Source: Deltaproteobacteria bacterium (GTDB lineage: Bacteria > Desulfobacterota > Dissulfuribacteria > Dissulfuribacterales > QOAL01). From it: a stretch of 64,000 nt of DNA. The stretch spans positions 12,315 through 76,314 of the forward strand of contig JALVJO010000102.1 of the NCBI GenBank assembly GCA_027028245.1. Direction: 5' to 3'. Below the pieces are notes generated by a model. The model was not told the origin of the DNA. It ran no database searches and saw only the letters and a list, made by a program, of their open reading frames with translations. The position numbers were made by a program, and so were the translations under genes. Shown here in pieces: positions 9,455-19,207 of the stretch; position 1 is the first letter of the stretch, and every line of letters begins with the position of its first letter.

Positions 9455-10600
9455 TTGAAGGAGTCTGCAAAAGAAGTGTCCTTTATACCAAGCGACAAGG
9501 CAGTCATAAAGATAGATCTTTCTGCGCTCAGGCATAATTTCTCTGTTCTCCATTCTTTAATGGCCCGAGGGGGCGGCATGCTTATGCCCGTGATAAAATC
9601 TGATGCCTATGGCCACGGCATGAAAGAGATAGCCTGTGCCCTTAGAGACTTGCCCCTTTGGGGCTTTGGCATCTATGAATGCTCAGAGGCCAGGGTCTTG
9701 AGAACAGCCGGGCTTAAGAACCGGCTGTTTCTCCTTTCCGGTCTCCTGGGGGATGATCCCGGCGATATCCTTGAGCTTTCTGTCACGCCGGGTATTGTAA
9801 AAAGAAGCGAGCTTGATCGCCTCGACAGGGCGGCAGATGCAAACGGCGCTCAGATTACCGTGCATCTTAAGGCAGATACAGGAATGGGCCGCTTCGGCAT
9901 GGAGCCGGCAGAAATTGTGGAGATTGCATCTGGCAGGCACAGGTGGCCGAGGCTTCATTTCGAGGGGCTTTACACCCACATGTCTTCGGCCGATGAGCCG
10001 CATGACCCGGCAAACCGGCGGCAGATTGAAAGATTCTTCCTCCTGCTGCAATCTGTCAGGGAAAAGGGTTGGCGTCCGAGGTTCGTACACATGGCCAATT
10101 CTGCGGCTCTTTTGAATTTTGCGGATGCAAGATTCAACCTGGCAAGGCCTGGTATAGCCCTTTACGGAGGTGATTGCTTCAGGCAATCCGCCTGTGATTT
10201 CAGGCCTGTGATGAGTTTTGTCAGCAGGATTGACCAGGTGCGCCGTTTTTTGCCCGGAATGGGTCTCAGCTACGGGCACACATTCACCTGCCGGAGAAAG
10301 AGCGTCATAGGCGTGGTGCCCGTGGGTTATGATAATGGTTATCCAAGGTCGCTTTCCAACAGGGCCGATGTCCTGGTGAGGGGCAAAAGGTGTCCTGTGG
10401 TGGGAAACATATGCATGAAAGCCTTGCTGGTGGATGTGACAGAAGCGGGCAGCATCAGTCCGGGACAGGAAGTAGTCCTTATGGGAAGGAGTGGCCTAGA
10501 CAGAGTTGATGTGTGTGAACTTGCCCAAAAGGCCGGAACAATCAGCTATGAACTGCTTTGTCTTCTTGGAAAGCTGAACAAGAGGATTATACTGGACTAA
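9455..10600 (+). CDS. alr: alanine racemase
   Basis: 381 aa with the PLP-lysine motif VIKSDAYGHG and IDLSALRHN near the N-terminus. The start is uncertain: TTG at 9455, or GTG at 9476 downstream of AAGGAG. Confidence 0.9.
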   Translation: MKESAKEVSFIPSDKAVIKIDLSALRHNFSVLHSLMARGGGMLMPVIKSDAYGHGMKEIACALRDLPLWGFGIYECSEARVLRTAGLKNRLFLLSGLLGDDPGDILELSVTPGIVKRSELDRLDRAADANGAQITVHLKADTGMGRFGMEPAEIVEIASGRHRWPRLHFEGLYTHMSSADEPHDPANRRQIERFFLLLQSVREKGWRPRFVHMANSAALLNFADARFNLARPGIALYGGDCFRQSACDFRPVMSFVSRIDQVRRFLPGMGLSYGHTFTCRRKSVIGVVPVGYDNGYPRSLSNRADVLVRGKRCPVVGNICMKALLVDVTEAGSISPGQEVVLMGRSGLDRVDVCELAQKAGTISYELLCLLGKLNKRIILD

Positions 10601-10634
10601 ATCGAATTTATATCTGCAGGGGAAAAACGAAAAG

Positions 10635-11063
10635 ATGTTTGGAATAGGACTTCCTGAGCTCATTGTTATCCTGGCACTGGCCCTTATTGTGCTTGGTCCG
10701 GAAAAATTGCCCCAGGTTGCCAGGCAGGCGGCAAGGCTTATCAACGAGCTCAAGAGGGCTTCTGATGAATTCAAGAAGGAGCTGGAGCTTGACAAGCTTG
10801 ACGATATCAGAAAGCCAATCAAGATTGACAGGGTGCTGGGAGAAGATCTGTCGGATCTCCTCCAGAAAAAGAACCTGGTTGAACCGGATTTTCTAAAGGG
10901 CAGCGGAGATAAAACCGGTCCCGGGGGTCTTGGCCCCGAGTGGAAGGTTGCCAAAGGACGGGAAAGGGACAGGGAAAAATCAGCCGGTTCTGAAATATCC
11001 TCACAGGAGGGAGCTCCTGAAAAGACGGTGAATGCGCCGAACTCGTTGAATGAGGGAAAATAG
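10635..11063 (+). CDS. tatB: twin-arginine translocase subunit TatB (TatA/B family)
   Basis: 142 aa. MFGIGLPELIVILALALIVLGPEKLP gives a TM helix plus amphipathic helix, and the GPxxLP motif is TatB-like. It lies directly upstream of and overlaps tatC. Confidence 0.8.
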   Translation: MFGIGLPELIVILALALIVLGPEKLPQVARQAARLINELKRASDEFKKELELDKLDDIRKPIKIDRVLGEDLSDLLQKKNLVEPDFLKGSGDKTGPGGLGPEWKVAKGRERDREKSAGSEISSQEGAPEKTVNAPNSLNEGK

Positions 11064-11751
11064 ATACACGCTCCAGGACCACCTGGCAGAGCTCAGGAAA
11101 AGGCTCATAAGGTGCGGGCTGTTTTTTGCCGCGGCCTTTGTGCTCTGCTATGCCTTTTCCGCTCCCATGGTGTCCTTTCTCTTCTATCCGGTCAAGCAGG
11201 CCCTGCCCCAGGGCAGTACCATGGTTTTTACCGCGCTTCTGGAAGGCTTCATGGCCTACCTGAAGGTGGCCTTTTGGGCAGCCGTGGTGGTGACTGCACC
11301 TGTGATAATATACCAGGCATGGAAATTTCTTCTTCCGGCCCTCTACGAAAATGAAAAAAAGGTGCTCAAAAAAGTCATTTTCTGGGGGGCGGGTCTCTTT
11401 GCAGCAGGCGCTGTATTCGGCTACTGGATGGTGATTCCCCTGATACTGTCAATCAGTCTGGGCTATGCCAGTGAAAGCCTTCAGGCCCTGCCCAGGCTTC
11501 AGAATTACCTCGTTTTCTCCCTTAAGAGCATATTCATGTTCGGTATAATTTTTGAGGTGCCCTTCGTGATGGCAGGCATATCCAGGGCGGGTCTCATCCA
11601 AAGGGACTATTTCAAGCAGCACAGGAAGGCCGCATACATCGGTATCTTTATCCTGTCTGCGGTGCTTGTGCCCTCAGACCTGTTTTCCCAGGTGCTCCTT
11701 TTTTTCCCCTTGCTTCTGGTGTACGAGGCCGGGGTGCTGCTTTCCAGGTAG
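11050..11751 (+). CDS. tatC: twin-arginine translocase subunit TatC
   Basis: 233 aa polytopic membrane protein. LQDHLAELRKRLI at the N-terminus is typical of TatC. Confidence 0.9.
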   Translation: MRENRYTLQDHLAELRKRLIRCGLFFAAAFVLCYAFSAPMVSFLFYPVKQALPQGSTMVFTALLEGFMAYLKVAFWAAVVVTAPVIIYQAWKFLLPALYENEKKVLKKVIFWGAGLFAAGAVFGYWMVIPLILSISLGYASESLQALPRLQNYLVFSLKSIFMFGIIFEVPFVMAGISRAGLIQRDYFKQHRKAAYIGIFILSAVLVPSDLFSQVLLFFPLLLVYEAGVLLSR

Positions 11752-11801
11752 CATTGATTGCCACCAGCAGGAAGGTTGGAGCATGGCCGCTTTTTCACGT
11801 A

Positions 11802-12671
11802 TCAGTCCAGTCTCACTATCAGAACATCACATCTTGCAGAATGCATGATGCCGTTTGCAGTGGAGCCGAGAAGCCTTGCTATGCCCTTTCGTCCGTGTGA
11901 GCCTGCCACAATAAGGTCGGCCTTTCGGGTTTCCGCATAGGAGATGACCGTGGCCCTGGGAGAGCCCCAAACCACTTCTGCGGAAACATGGGGGTAATCT
12001 ATTTCTGAGACCATTTCCTCAAGGCGTCTTTGCGCTGTTTCAAAGAGCTGCTGGTCCAGTTCCTGATCGTAAATAGGCATTGCAGGAGAAGGACCAAGAA
12101 GATCATCGGGATACGTTTCATATAGGGCCAGGCTCTGATAGGCATGGACCACGGAGACGGAGGCCCCATGGTCCCTTGCCAGTAAAATTGCCCTTTTGAG
12201 GGCCTTGAGGGCATGAGGAGAAAAATCCATGGCAACAACTATGGAATTGTAAGGCGTAACCTCTGGTACGGCCTGTTGAGATTTCTTTTCCGAGCCGTCT
12301 TGTTTTGCCTCCTTTTTGTCAAGAATCCAGTCCCATGCCTCCTGGATCTGGTCATGATTGAAATAACGGACCTGTCCAGGGATAAACGCACCTGCCATGG
12401 CTGCAAAGAGGTGATGCCACGTCTTTTCACCCACCACAGCCAGTTTCTTGAAGTCTTTTTTGTGCTCGATTCCCACCTTAAAATCAGTCCAAAGGGCCTT
12501 TGGTTCCCAGCCGCGGAAATTTTCAAATTCCAGAAGCACGGAAACCGGCCCTGTTTCCCGGATTATTTTTTCCAGTTCCGGGACAAATTTTCGGTAATCC
12601 TCGTCGGTAAGAAGACCGGTTGCCTTTACAACCACAACATCCCTGTGATTGGAGTCCAATATCTGCAGCAT
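11802..12671 (-). CDS. SpoIIAA-like (STAS-type) domain fused to a universal stress protein domain
   Basis: 289 aa. The N-terminal roughly 120 aa (VVVVKATGLLTDEDYRKFVPELEKII..LLEFENFRGWE) resemble the SpoIIAA-like/STAS_2 fold. The C-terminal half is UspA-like (VVAMDFSPH.., LIVAGSHGRKGIARLLGSTANGIMHSARCDVLIV). Confidence 0.75.
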   Translation of the reverse strand: MLQILDSNHRDVVVVKATGLLTDEDYRKFVPELEKIIRETGPVSVLLEFENFRGWEPKALWTDFKVGIEHKKDFKKLAVVGEKTWHHLFAAMAGAFIPGQVRYFNHDQIQEAWDWILDKKEAKQDGSEKKSQQAVPEVTPYNSIVVAMDFSPHALKALKRAILLARDHGASVSVVHAYQSLALYETYPDDLLGPSPAMPIYDQELDQQLFETAQRRLEEMVSEIDYPHVSAEVVWGSPRATVISYAETRKADLIVAGSHGRKGIARLLGSTANGIMHSARCDVLIVRLD

Positions 12672-13044
12672 GATCTATTTCCCTCTCATTTTCCGGAGAT
12701 TGATTTCCCCGTCCTTTTGGCATGTTATCGATTTCAAAAAATCAGAGCAACCTCAGAGCAAACATTGTTACCAGCAAAAAAGCTCCTGACTCCAGGATAA
12801 CTTGAAACCTGACCCATGCACATAACTAATCAACGTGTGAAAGCAGAAACCTGTCCCAGAATGCTTCCATAGTTTTCAGGTTTTGATTTGATGATGATTT
12901 AAGACCGGCATTTTGGTCCAATGTATGCTATGCTTATGAATCGGTTCAGCAAGTGTTCAGCAGCTGCCGGGAGGGGAATGGGAGCCCCCTGGTGGTTCAG
13001 CTGTTTTTGTCTGGTTTTTAACTCTATCCGGAAAGGGCTGATAC

Positions 13045-14040
13045 TTGTTTTCCACTTCCTTGCTCAAACAGAAATTTTTCTGGTTGATAACCATATCAAT
13101 TCTCGGGATTTCTGCAGTCCAGTATTTTTTCTCCGATACTCCTGACCTCCAGGAGATTGACAGGGAACTCTATTACTTTCCCATATTCGTGGCTGCCATG
13201 CGCTATGGAATGCGGGGTACAATGATCGCCCTGGCCGCCGTTTATTTTGTTTATATTCCCTTTATCGTCCATACCTGGAAGGGAAGCATAGAGCACCAGT
13301 CAGCCAGGATATTAGATCTCATTTTTTATTTCATGTTTGCCTTTGGTGCCGGTTACCTTGCTGACAGGGACAGGAGGATCAGGGCGGAACTTGAAAGAAA
13401 CCGTCTAATAATTTCCCTGGGCCGCATAACCTCGGCCATAGTTCACGATCTCAAAAATCCGCTTATCAGCATGATTGGTCTTCTGGAGAGGCTTTCAAAG
13501 GGAAAAGGCGATTGCATGACCTATATCCCTGTCATACTAAAGGATGCATACAGGATGAAACGCATCGTGGATGACGTCCTGGATTTTGCCAGGCCTGTTA
13601 AGCTCAACAGGGAAGAATGCAGCCTGGCATCAGTAATAAGACAGGCTGTGGAAATGTGCAGGGAAAAGGCAGAAAAGGCGGGAATTCGTATTGGAACAGA
13701 CCTTGCCGACATTCAGACCAGTGCTGACTCCTTTCTTCTGGAAAGGGCGCTTATAAATGTGATTTCCAATGCCATAGAGGCCTCAAGCAGGGGGTCCGAA
13801 GTGGATATCAGCCTCCGCAGGGATGACGATTCAGCCCTTATTGCCGTAAGGGATCACGGCTCCGGCATGGACCAGGAGACAATAGATCATTGCTTTGAAC
13901 CCTATTTTTCCAGAAAAAAGGGCGGAAACGGCTTGGGGCTTCCCATTACCAAGCGGATTATTGAGGCCCATGGAGGGCAGGTGGAGATTAGACAGCCCAA
14001 GTCAGGGGGTACGCTATTCAAGATTTTCCTTCCTGTTTGA
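13045..14040 (+). CDS. membrane sensor histidine kinase (no cognate regulator adjacent)
   Basis: 331 aa with N-terminal TM segments. H-box SAIVHDLKNPL, N-box VISNAIEAS, G-boxes DHGSGMD and GGNGLGLPI. TTG start. Confidence 0.85.
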   Translation: MFSTSLLKQKFFWLITISILGISAVQYFFSDTPDLQEIDRELYYFPIFVAAMRYGMRGTMIALAAVYFVYIPFIVHTWKGSIEHQSARILDLIFYFMFAFGAGYLADRDRRIRAELERNRLIISLGRITSAIVHDLKNPLISMIGLLERLSKGKGDCMTYIPVILKDAYRMKRIVDDVLDFARPVKLNREECSLASVIRQAVEMCREKAEKAGIRIGTDLADIQTSADSFLLERALINVISNAIEASSRGSEVDISLRRDDDSALIAVRDHGSGMDQETIDHCFEPYFSRKKGGNGLGLPITKRIIEAHGGQVEIRQPKSGGTLFKIFLPV

Positions 14041-14044
14041 GCAT

Positions 14045-14569
14045 TCAGCCTGGAATATCTGCAAACCACTGGTGTTCAAATTGTTCGAGCAGGCTGTTTC
14101 GTCTCCTGGCCAGTTGGGCCATGAGTGCCTGGAATTTTTTGAATTCCCATTTTTCATCCTGCTGAAATTTGTCCATGCACGAGTTGCAGAAGTACCATGT
14201 GCACCTGTATGACCTGCCCTGGCGGGGGAGTAAACATCCCGACGGGCTGAGAAACTGGCACGGGGCCGTATCTGCCACATTGCAGTCAAAGCTCGGCGCC
14301 TTGATGCCCATGGCATGGAATACCACAAGATCTTCGAAATCCGGGAATCCGTGCCTGTTGACACAGCAGGGCTCCGGGCATTTGCTGCAGATGGGGCCTG
14401 TAAAGTCATCAAAAAAATGCCTAAGATTTCTGTAGGTAAGCCGCATTCCGGCAGCAGCGGTTTTTACTCCGGAAAGCTGGCCCTGGTGATGATGAAAAAA
14501 ATCGGCAATCTCCCTTTGTGTCTGGATATATCCCTTTTCATTGCCGAAGACCAGTTCTGGTAATTCCAT
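14045..14569 (-). CDS. Cys-rich protein, YkgJ/CxxCxxCC-like cluster family (putative)
   Basis: Contains CSKCPEPCC plus further Cys pairs (CQF..SGC, CTWYFCNSC). I chose the start at MELPEL (14569) because the longer ORF (to 14689) would overlap the upstream gene by 110 nt. Confidence 0.55.
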   Translation of the reverse strand: MELPELVFGNEKGYIQTQREIADFFHHHQGQLSGVKTAAAGMRLTYRNLRHFFDDFTGPICSKCPEPCCVNRHGFPDFEDLVVFHAMGIKAPSFDCNVADTAPCQFLSPSGCLLPRQGRSYRCTWYFCNSCMDKFQQDEKWEFKKFQALMAQLARRRNSLLEQFEHQWFADIPG

Positions 14570-14579
14570 GGCAGCCAAA

Positions 14580-15497
14580 TCAGTGGAAGAGGATCTCTTC
14601 TTTTTTCCTTTCGTAAGTGGATCGGCTGATGGCCCCGCTGTTGTATAGCTCTCTGAGTATCTGGATCTTTCTTCTGAGCTCAGGGTCATCGGTAGTTTTT
14701 GGAACCGGGGTCTGCATCAGGGAGGAAGAAGGAGGCTTGAATTCCTCCACTGGTTCCGGCTGGGTTTTAACCGCCGGAGGATTCTTGATGATGGTTTCAA
14801 AATGCCTGGTCGTGTTCCTGACCGGCTCATAGACTCTGTCCAGGTCAATGATGAGCCAGTTGGTATAATAGTCCTGCTCAAAGAAACCAAAGCCTTTTTT
14901 CTTGTGCTTCCTGAGCCTCATTCCCGGTACCAAGACAAATTCCCAGTCATTGGCAAGGGCCCTGGAGGTAGGGTCGCTGACAAATTGTCTCACAGCGCTC
15001 TGGTAATTGTCGCACTGGTAGCTCACTACCCTCATTACCAGGTTTAATTTTCCGTCTTTTTTGAAGAATATGCCGCTGGTAAAAAGATCGTGGTTGAAAA
15101 TCATCAAAAAGCTCTTTCCCATCATGAAAGAAAAATCTATCACTTCATCCGGCTGGGCCTTTTGGAAGGCGTCATGAAGGGGCTGCAGCAGCACGCGTCT
15201 GATCTTTGCGGGAAACAGCTTGTACTTGCCCTTTTTGCCCACAACATTCTTGTTTCTAATGTATATGGAAGAAAGGACATTATTGAGTTTTGCAAGGCTT
15301 ATATCAAAGGGGTGCTCAAATCCCCCTTTTTTAACGACCTCTGATCCGAAGGAGTATTTCACAAGCCTGACCCTCCAGTCTTCCCCGCCGGCAACAGGAC
15401 GGAATTCATTTCTGGGGATGACAGAGCAGCCTCCATTGAGCAAAACCGCCGTGAGAAGCAGGGCTGCAATGGATATTTTTTTTGAATTTGATGCCAT
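14580..15497 (-). CDS. lipoprotein of unknown function with C-terminal SHOCT-like motif
   Basis: Starts at MASNSKKISIAALLLTAVLLNGGC (lipobox). The C-terminus ELRRKIQILRELYNSGAISRSTYERKKEEIL resembles the SHOCT short C-terminal domain. Confidence 0.6.
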   Translation of the reverse strand: MASNSKKISIAALLLTAVLLNGGCSVIPRNEFRPVAGGEDWRVRLVKYSFGSEVVKKGGFEHPFDISLAKLNNVLSSIYIRNKNVVGKKGKYKLFPAKIRRVLLQPLHDAFQKAQPDEVIDFSFMMGKSFLMIFNHDLFTSGIFFKKDGKLNLVMRVVSYQCDNYQSAVRQFVSDPTSRALANDWEFVLVPGMRLRKHKKKGFGFFEQDYYTNWLIIDLDRVYEPVRNTTRHFETIIKNPPAVKTQPEPVEEFKPPSSSLMQTPVPKTTDDPELRRKIQILRELYNSGAISRSTYERKKEEILFH

Positions 15498-15637
15498 GTA
15501 CCTGGAACATGTCCCGGGACCGCTGATCCCCCTGGACTGTTTTATGACCTGTTTATAACCTGATGCCTGTGCCTGGAGGCAAGTGTCCTCTTGAAACCTA
15601 ACAAGTAAGTATGGAATTTGCAATTTACCGCGGCATT

Positions 15638-16657
15638 TCAGCCAGCCGGGTCTGTCAATTTCAATGCCCCATGTCTCCTGGCAAGTGATATACCGACTCT
15701 GTCAGTGCTTATCAATCCTTCTTCCAGGGCATATTTCAGGGATTTCATGCATTCGAGCACGTCTTTCTGGTGGCTGCACACAAGAAGAAGGTCATGACCT
15801 GCAGTAAAGGCCTTCACTGCTGCCTGTCCTATGTGGCAGTGTTTGGTAATGCCCTTCATTTCCAGGTCGTCTGAAAGAAGGAGGCCCCTGAAATCCAGGC
15901 TGTTTCTCAAAAGATCATGGGCAATCCTTCTTGAGAAAGTGGCCGGCTGGATTCGGTCCATCTCCTGGTAAACAACGTGGGAAGTCATCAGGGCCGCCGT
16001 GCCGGCTTTCATTGCCTCCTGGAAGGGAATTATGTCCGTGGCCAGCTCGGGTATTGAGGCAGTCACCTGTGGTCTTTCAAAATGAGGATCGAGTTTTACC
16101 CTCCCGATCCCTGGGAAATGCTTTGCAGCAGCCAGTATCCCTTTCTGCTGCAGTTCCTGGATGTAAATCCTGCCAAGGTCTGCAACAAGGCCGGGCTCTT
16201 TACTGAAACAGCGGCCCTTCAGCACGTTTTCTTCCGCCTCCAGGCAAAGATCCAGGACAGGGGCCAGATTCATGTTGATGCCCGCCCGGTTCAGGAGCTC
16301 TGCGGTCTTTGCTGCAAGTTGAGCCGCAGCATCCTTGGGATCTGGGGAAGAGACAACATCCCGGGCAGACGGAATGTCCGGGAAAAGGGGAGGGGCAAGC
16401 CTTTTGACCGGCCCGCCCTCCTGGTCCACTGAAATCAGGGGCTCCATGTCTTCCTTCTGGCAGACAGCCTTTATTTCGCCGCATAGGTCTGCCAGGGCCT
16501 GGGGTCCTTTGTCGGTATTCCTGGAAAACAGGATGAAATTTGAAATTCCGTATTCTTCAATGAGCAGCCTGGTGCCGGCATCCAGGCTTGTGCCGGGAAG
16601 ACCGGCCATGATGACCTGTCCGATTCCTGTTTCCCTGTAGAAATTTGTTTGTGCCAT
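15638..16657 (-). CDS. nagZ: beta-N-acetylhexosaminidase (GH3, NagZ-like)
   Basis: 339 aa with GQVIMAGLPG, the KHFPGIGR motif and the DDLEMKG motif of glycoside hydrolase family 3. Confidence 0.85.
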   Translation of the reverse strand: MAQTNFYRETGIGQVIMAGLPGTSLDAGTRLLIEEYGISNFILFSRNTDKGPQALADLCGEIKAVCQKEDMEPLISVDQEGGPVKRLAPPLFPDIPSARDVVSSPDPKDAAAQLAAKTAELLNRAGINMNLAPVLDLCLEAEENVLKGRCFSKEPGLVADLGRIYIQELQQKGILAAAKHFPGIGRVKLDPHFERPQVTASIPELATDIIPFQEAMKAGTAALMTSHVVYQEMDRIQPATFSRRIAHDLLRNSLDFRGLLLSDDLEMKGITKHCHIGQAAVKAFTAGHDLLLVCSHQKDVLECMKSLKYALEEGLISTDRVGISLARRHGALKLTDPAG

Positions 16658-16803
16658 CCTGGCTTATGAATTAATCTTGTCCGTTAATCTGGTTCAATCC
16701 GTTTCCTGCCGCTGGATTGGATTCCTTTTGGCATGAAGACCCTAAAGTATAAATCCGCAGGGGATCCGTGGAGAAATTTCAAGAACTGAAGGTATATTAG
16801 CAG

Positions 16804-17595
16804 ATGAATGTATGGGAAGCAGTATTTTTAGGAGTTCTCCAGGGGATCACGGAATTTCTCCCTGTTTCAAGCTCCGGGCACCTGGTCCTGGCAGAATATT
16901 TCCTGGGTCTTAAGGAGACGAGCCTGGCCTTTGATGTGACACTTCATCTGGGTACCCTGTTGGCAGTTCTTGCCTTTTTCTACAGGGACTGGACGGGCAT
17001 GGCAAAGTCCATCAAGCCGGGGTGCAGGGCACCGGAAGAAAGAAGGATGTTGCTGTTTCTGATTGCCGGCACAGTACCCGGGGCTGCAGCAGGATTCTTT
17101 TTGGAGCATGCGGTGTCTGCCTGTCTTCGTTCGCCGTGGGTGGTGGTGTGCACCCTTTCAGGAGTTGCTCTTTTACTGGGTCTTGCCGAAAGGATTGCCC
17201 GCCACGAAAGACAATTTTCATCAATAAGATTGCCCGATGCCCTCCTTATCGGGATTTCCCAGGCCCTTGCCATCATACCAGGGGTCTCCCGGAGCGGTAT
17301 CACCATGACATGTGGTATGTTTCTCGGCCTTTCCAGGGAGGCGGCAGCCCGCTTTTCATTCCTGCTCTCAGCACCCATAATAGCCGGTGCCGGGCTTTAC
17401 GAGGGATTGAAACTCTTAAGCCGCGGAGGGACTGAAATAACAATGAACTTCCTCTGGGGGTTTGTCGCCTCTGCAGTTTCAGGCTACCTTGTCATAGCCT
17501 TTCTCATGAACTACCTGCGCACCCACACCTTTTATCCATTTGTATATTACCGGCTGGCAGTTGCAGCAGTGGTTGCAGCAGTGCTCCTTTTTTGA
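16804..17595 (+). CDS. uppP: undecaprenyl-diphosphate phosphatase
   Basis: 263 aa polytopic protein. GITEFLPVSSSGHL and PGVSRSGITM are the BacA/UppP motifs. Confidence 0.9.
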   Translation: MNVWEAVFLGVLQGITEFLPVSSSGHLVLAEYFLGLKETSLAFDVTLHLGTLLAVLAFFYRDWTGMAKSIKPGCRAPEERRMLLFLIAGTVPGAAAGFFLEHAVSACLRSPWVVVCTLSGVALLLGLAERIARHERQFSSIRLPDALLIGISQALAIIPGVSRSGITMTCGMFLGLSREAAARFSFLLSAPIIAGAGLYEGLKLLSRGGTEITMNFLWGFVASAVSGYLVIAFLMNYLRTHTFYPFVYYRLAVAAVVAAVLLF

Positions 17596-17654
17596 TCAGC
17601 GCGGTAATTATCCGTAATACCTGGCCGGGTCTTGTTCAAGAATGGTTTCTGCTT

Positions 17655-19016
17655 TTACCTTTCCCTCAGGATGATCCTGATGGGTGTATGGGGGATGTCC
17701 AGCTCCTTGCGGAAGAAATTTTCAAGAAACCTCCTGTAATGTTCAGGAAACAGCCTGGGATAATTTGCAAAAAAGGTAAGTACCGGTGGCATGGTGCCTG
17801 TCTGGGTCACATAGAACAGCTTCAGGAAATGCCCCTTAGACACAGGGGGATTTCGTCTCAAGATGGCCTGTTTCAGGATCCTGTTCAGCCTTCCAGTGGA
17901 TTCTTTGAAGGAGAAGTCCCTGTAAACCTGATCAATCAGCGGAAGGATCTTTTTAATATTTTTTCCAGTTGCCGCGGAGATATTGATGTGCGGTGCATAG
18001 GGCAGCATCTTTCGCATGACAGCAGCCTCGTTGTTGAGGAGCCTGCGGATCTTGGGGTCCTTCATAACGAGATCCCACTTGTTGAATACGGTGATGCAGC
18101 CCTTTGCATAATCCCGGGTGTAACCTGCAAGCCGCCTGTCCTGCTCGGTTATGCCTTCTGATGCATCAAAGATACATATACTTATGTCACAGGTCCTGAT
18201 GGATTCCATGGCCTTCAGTACACTGAATTTTTCGACCCTCTGCCTGACCCTGGATCTTTTTCGTATTCCCGCAGTATCAACGAATACGATGTCCGTGCTG
18301 CCATTTCTCTGGAAAAGGCAGTCTATACTGTCCCTGGTTGTGCCGGGTATGTGGGAAACCACCATTCTTTCCTGGCCCATGAGACGGTTCATTATGGAAG
18401 ACTTTCCCACATTGGGCCTTCCTGTCAGGCAGACCCTGATGGCAGATATTTCAGTCTGACAGGAATCCTCCTCGCCTCGGCCTGTATCTCCAGGCTGTCG
18501 GCACATGCTGGCAAGTTTCTCTTTCAGTTCCTCTATCCCGTATCCGGTTTTGGCAGAGATAAGGATCAATTCTGCTATTCCGGTTTCATAGAATTCCAGC
18601 GCGGCATTTTTTGTTTCCTGGTTTTCCACCTTGTTGATGACTGCTGTCCAGGGCTTGAAGGACCTTCTTGCAAGCTCAAGAATTTCCAGGTCATCCGGGT
18701 GAATTCCAGCCCTGGCATCAAACATGACGCAGAGACAATCAGCCTGTTCCATGGCCGTCAGGGTCTGCTCCCGCATCTTGGGGCCGAGAATGTCGCAGCT
18801 GGCTCCTGCAGACAATCCGGCAGTATCTATGATTTCTGCTTCCAGGCCCAACAGATCTGCAGCTGCATATCTCCTGTCCCTGGTCAGGCCGGGAGACTTG
18901 TCAACAAGGGCATCTCTTGTGCCGGTTAGCCTGTTGAAAAGCGTGGATTTGCCCACATTGGGCCTTCCCACCAGGGCTATGACAAGAGGTTTTTTGGTTT
19001 CAGTTTCCTTTTTCAT
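17655..19016 (-). CDS. der: ribosome-associated GTPase Der (EngA)
   Basis: 453 aa with two tandem G domains (GRPNVGKSTLFNRL and GRPNVGKSSIMNRL) plus a KH-like C-terminus. Confidence 0.95.
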   Translation of the reverse strand: MKKETETKKPLVIALVGRPNVGKSTLFNRLTGTRDALVDKSPGLTRDRRYAAADLLGLEAEIIDTAGLSAGASCDILGPKMREQTLTAMEQADCLCVMFDARAGIHPDDLEILELARRSFKPWTAVINKVENQETKNAALEFYETGIAELILISAKTGYGIEELKEKLASMCRQPGDTGRGEEDSCQTEISAIRVCLTGRPNVGKSSIMNRLMGQERMVVSHIPGTTRDSIDCLFQRNGSTDIVFVDTAGIRKRSRVRQRVEKFSVLKAMESIRTCDISICIFDASEGITEQDRRLAGYTRDYAKGCITVFNKWDLVMKDPKIRRLLNNEAAVMRKMLPYAPHINISAATGKNIKKILPLIDQVYRDFSFKESTGRLNRILKQAILRRNPPVSKGHFLKLFYVTQTGTMPPVLTFFANYPRLFPEHYRRFLENFFRKELDIPHTPIRIILRER

Positions 19017-19207
19017 GTTGAATCCGCAATTGCTTTTTAGGCAATTTTAAGCTATTGAAAGAAGATCAGCAGCCAGCTTTTCTCTTTGTCAAGTCTTGAA
19101 CAGGAAGATGGTCCAGCTAAGAAGTTCAGACAGTTATTAGCAAAAGTCAATAAATTATAGTATCTTTTTCCATAGTTTAAACACGAAAACCATGGAGGTC
19201 TTAAGAA

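Noticed and set aside
12716-12731. TGGCATGTTATCGATT, a partial sigma-54 -24 element in the USP/kinase intergenic region
   Set aside because: The -12 GC dinucleotide is missing at the required spacing, and the site is more than 300 bp from the kinase start. I judge it a chance match.
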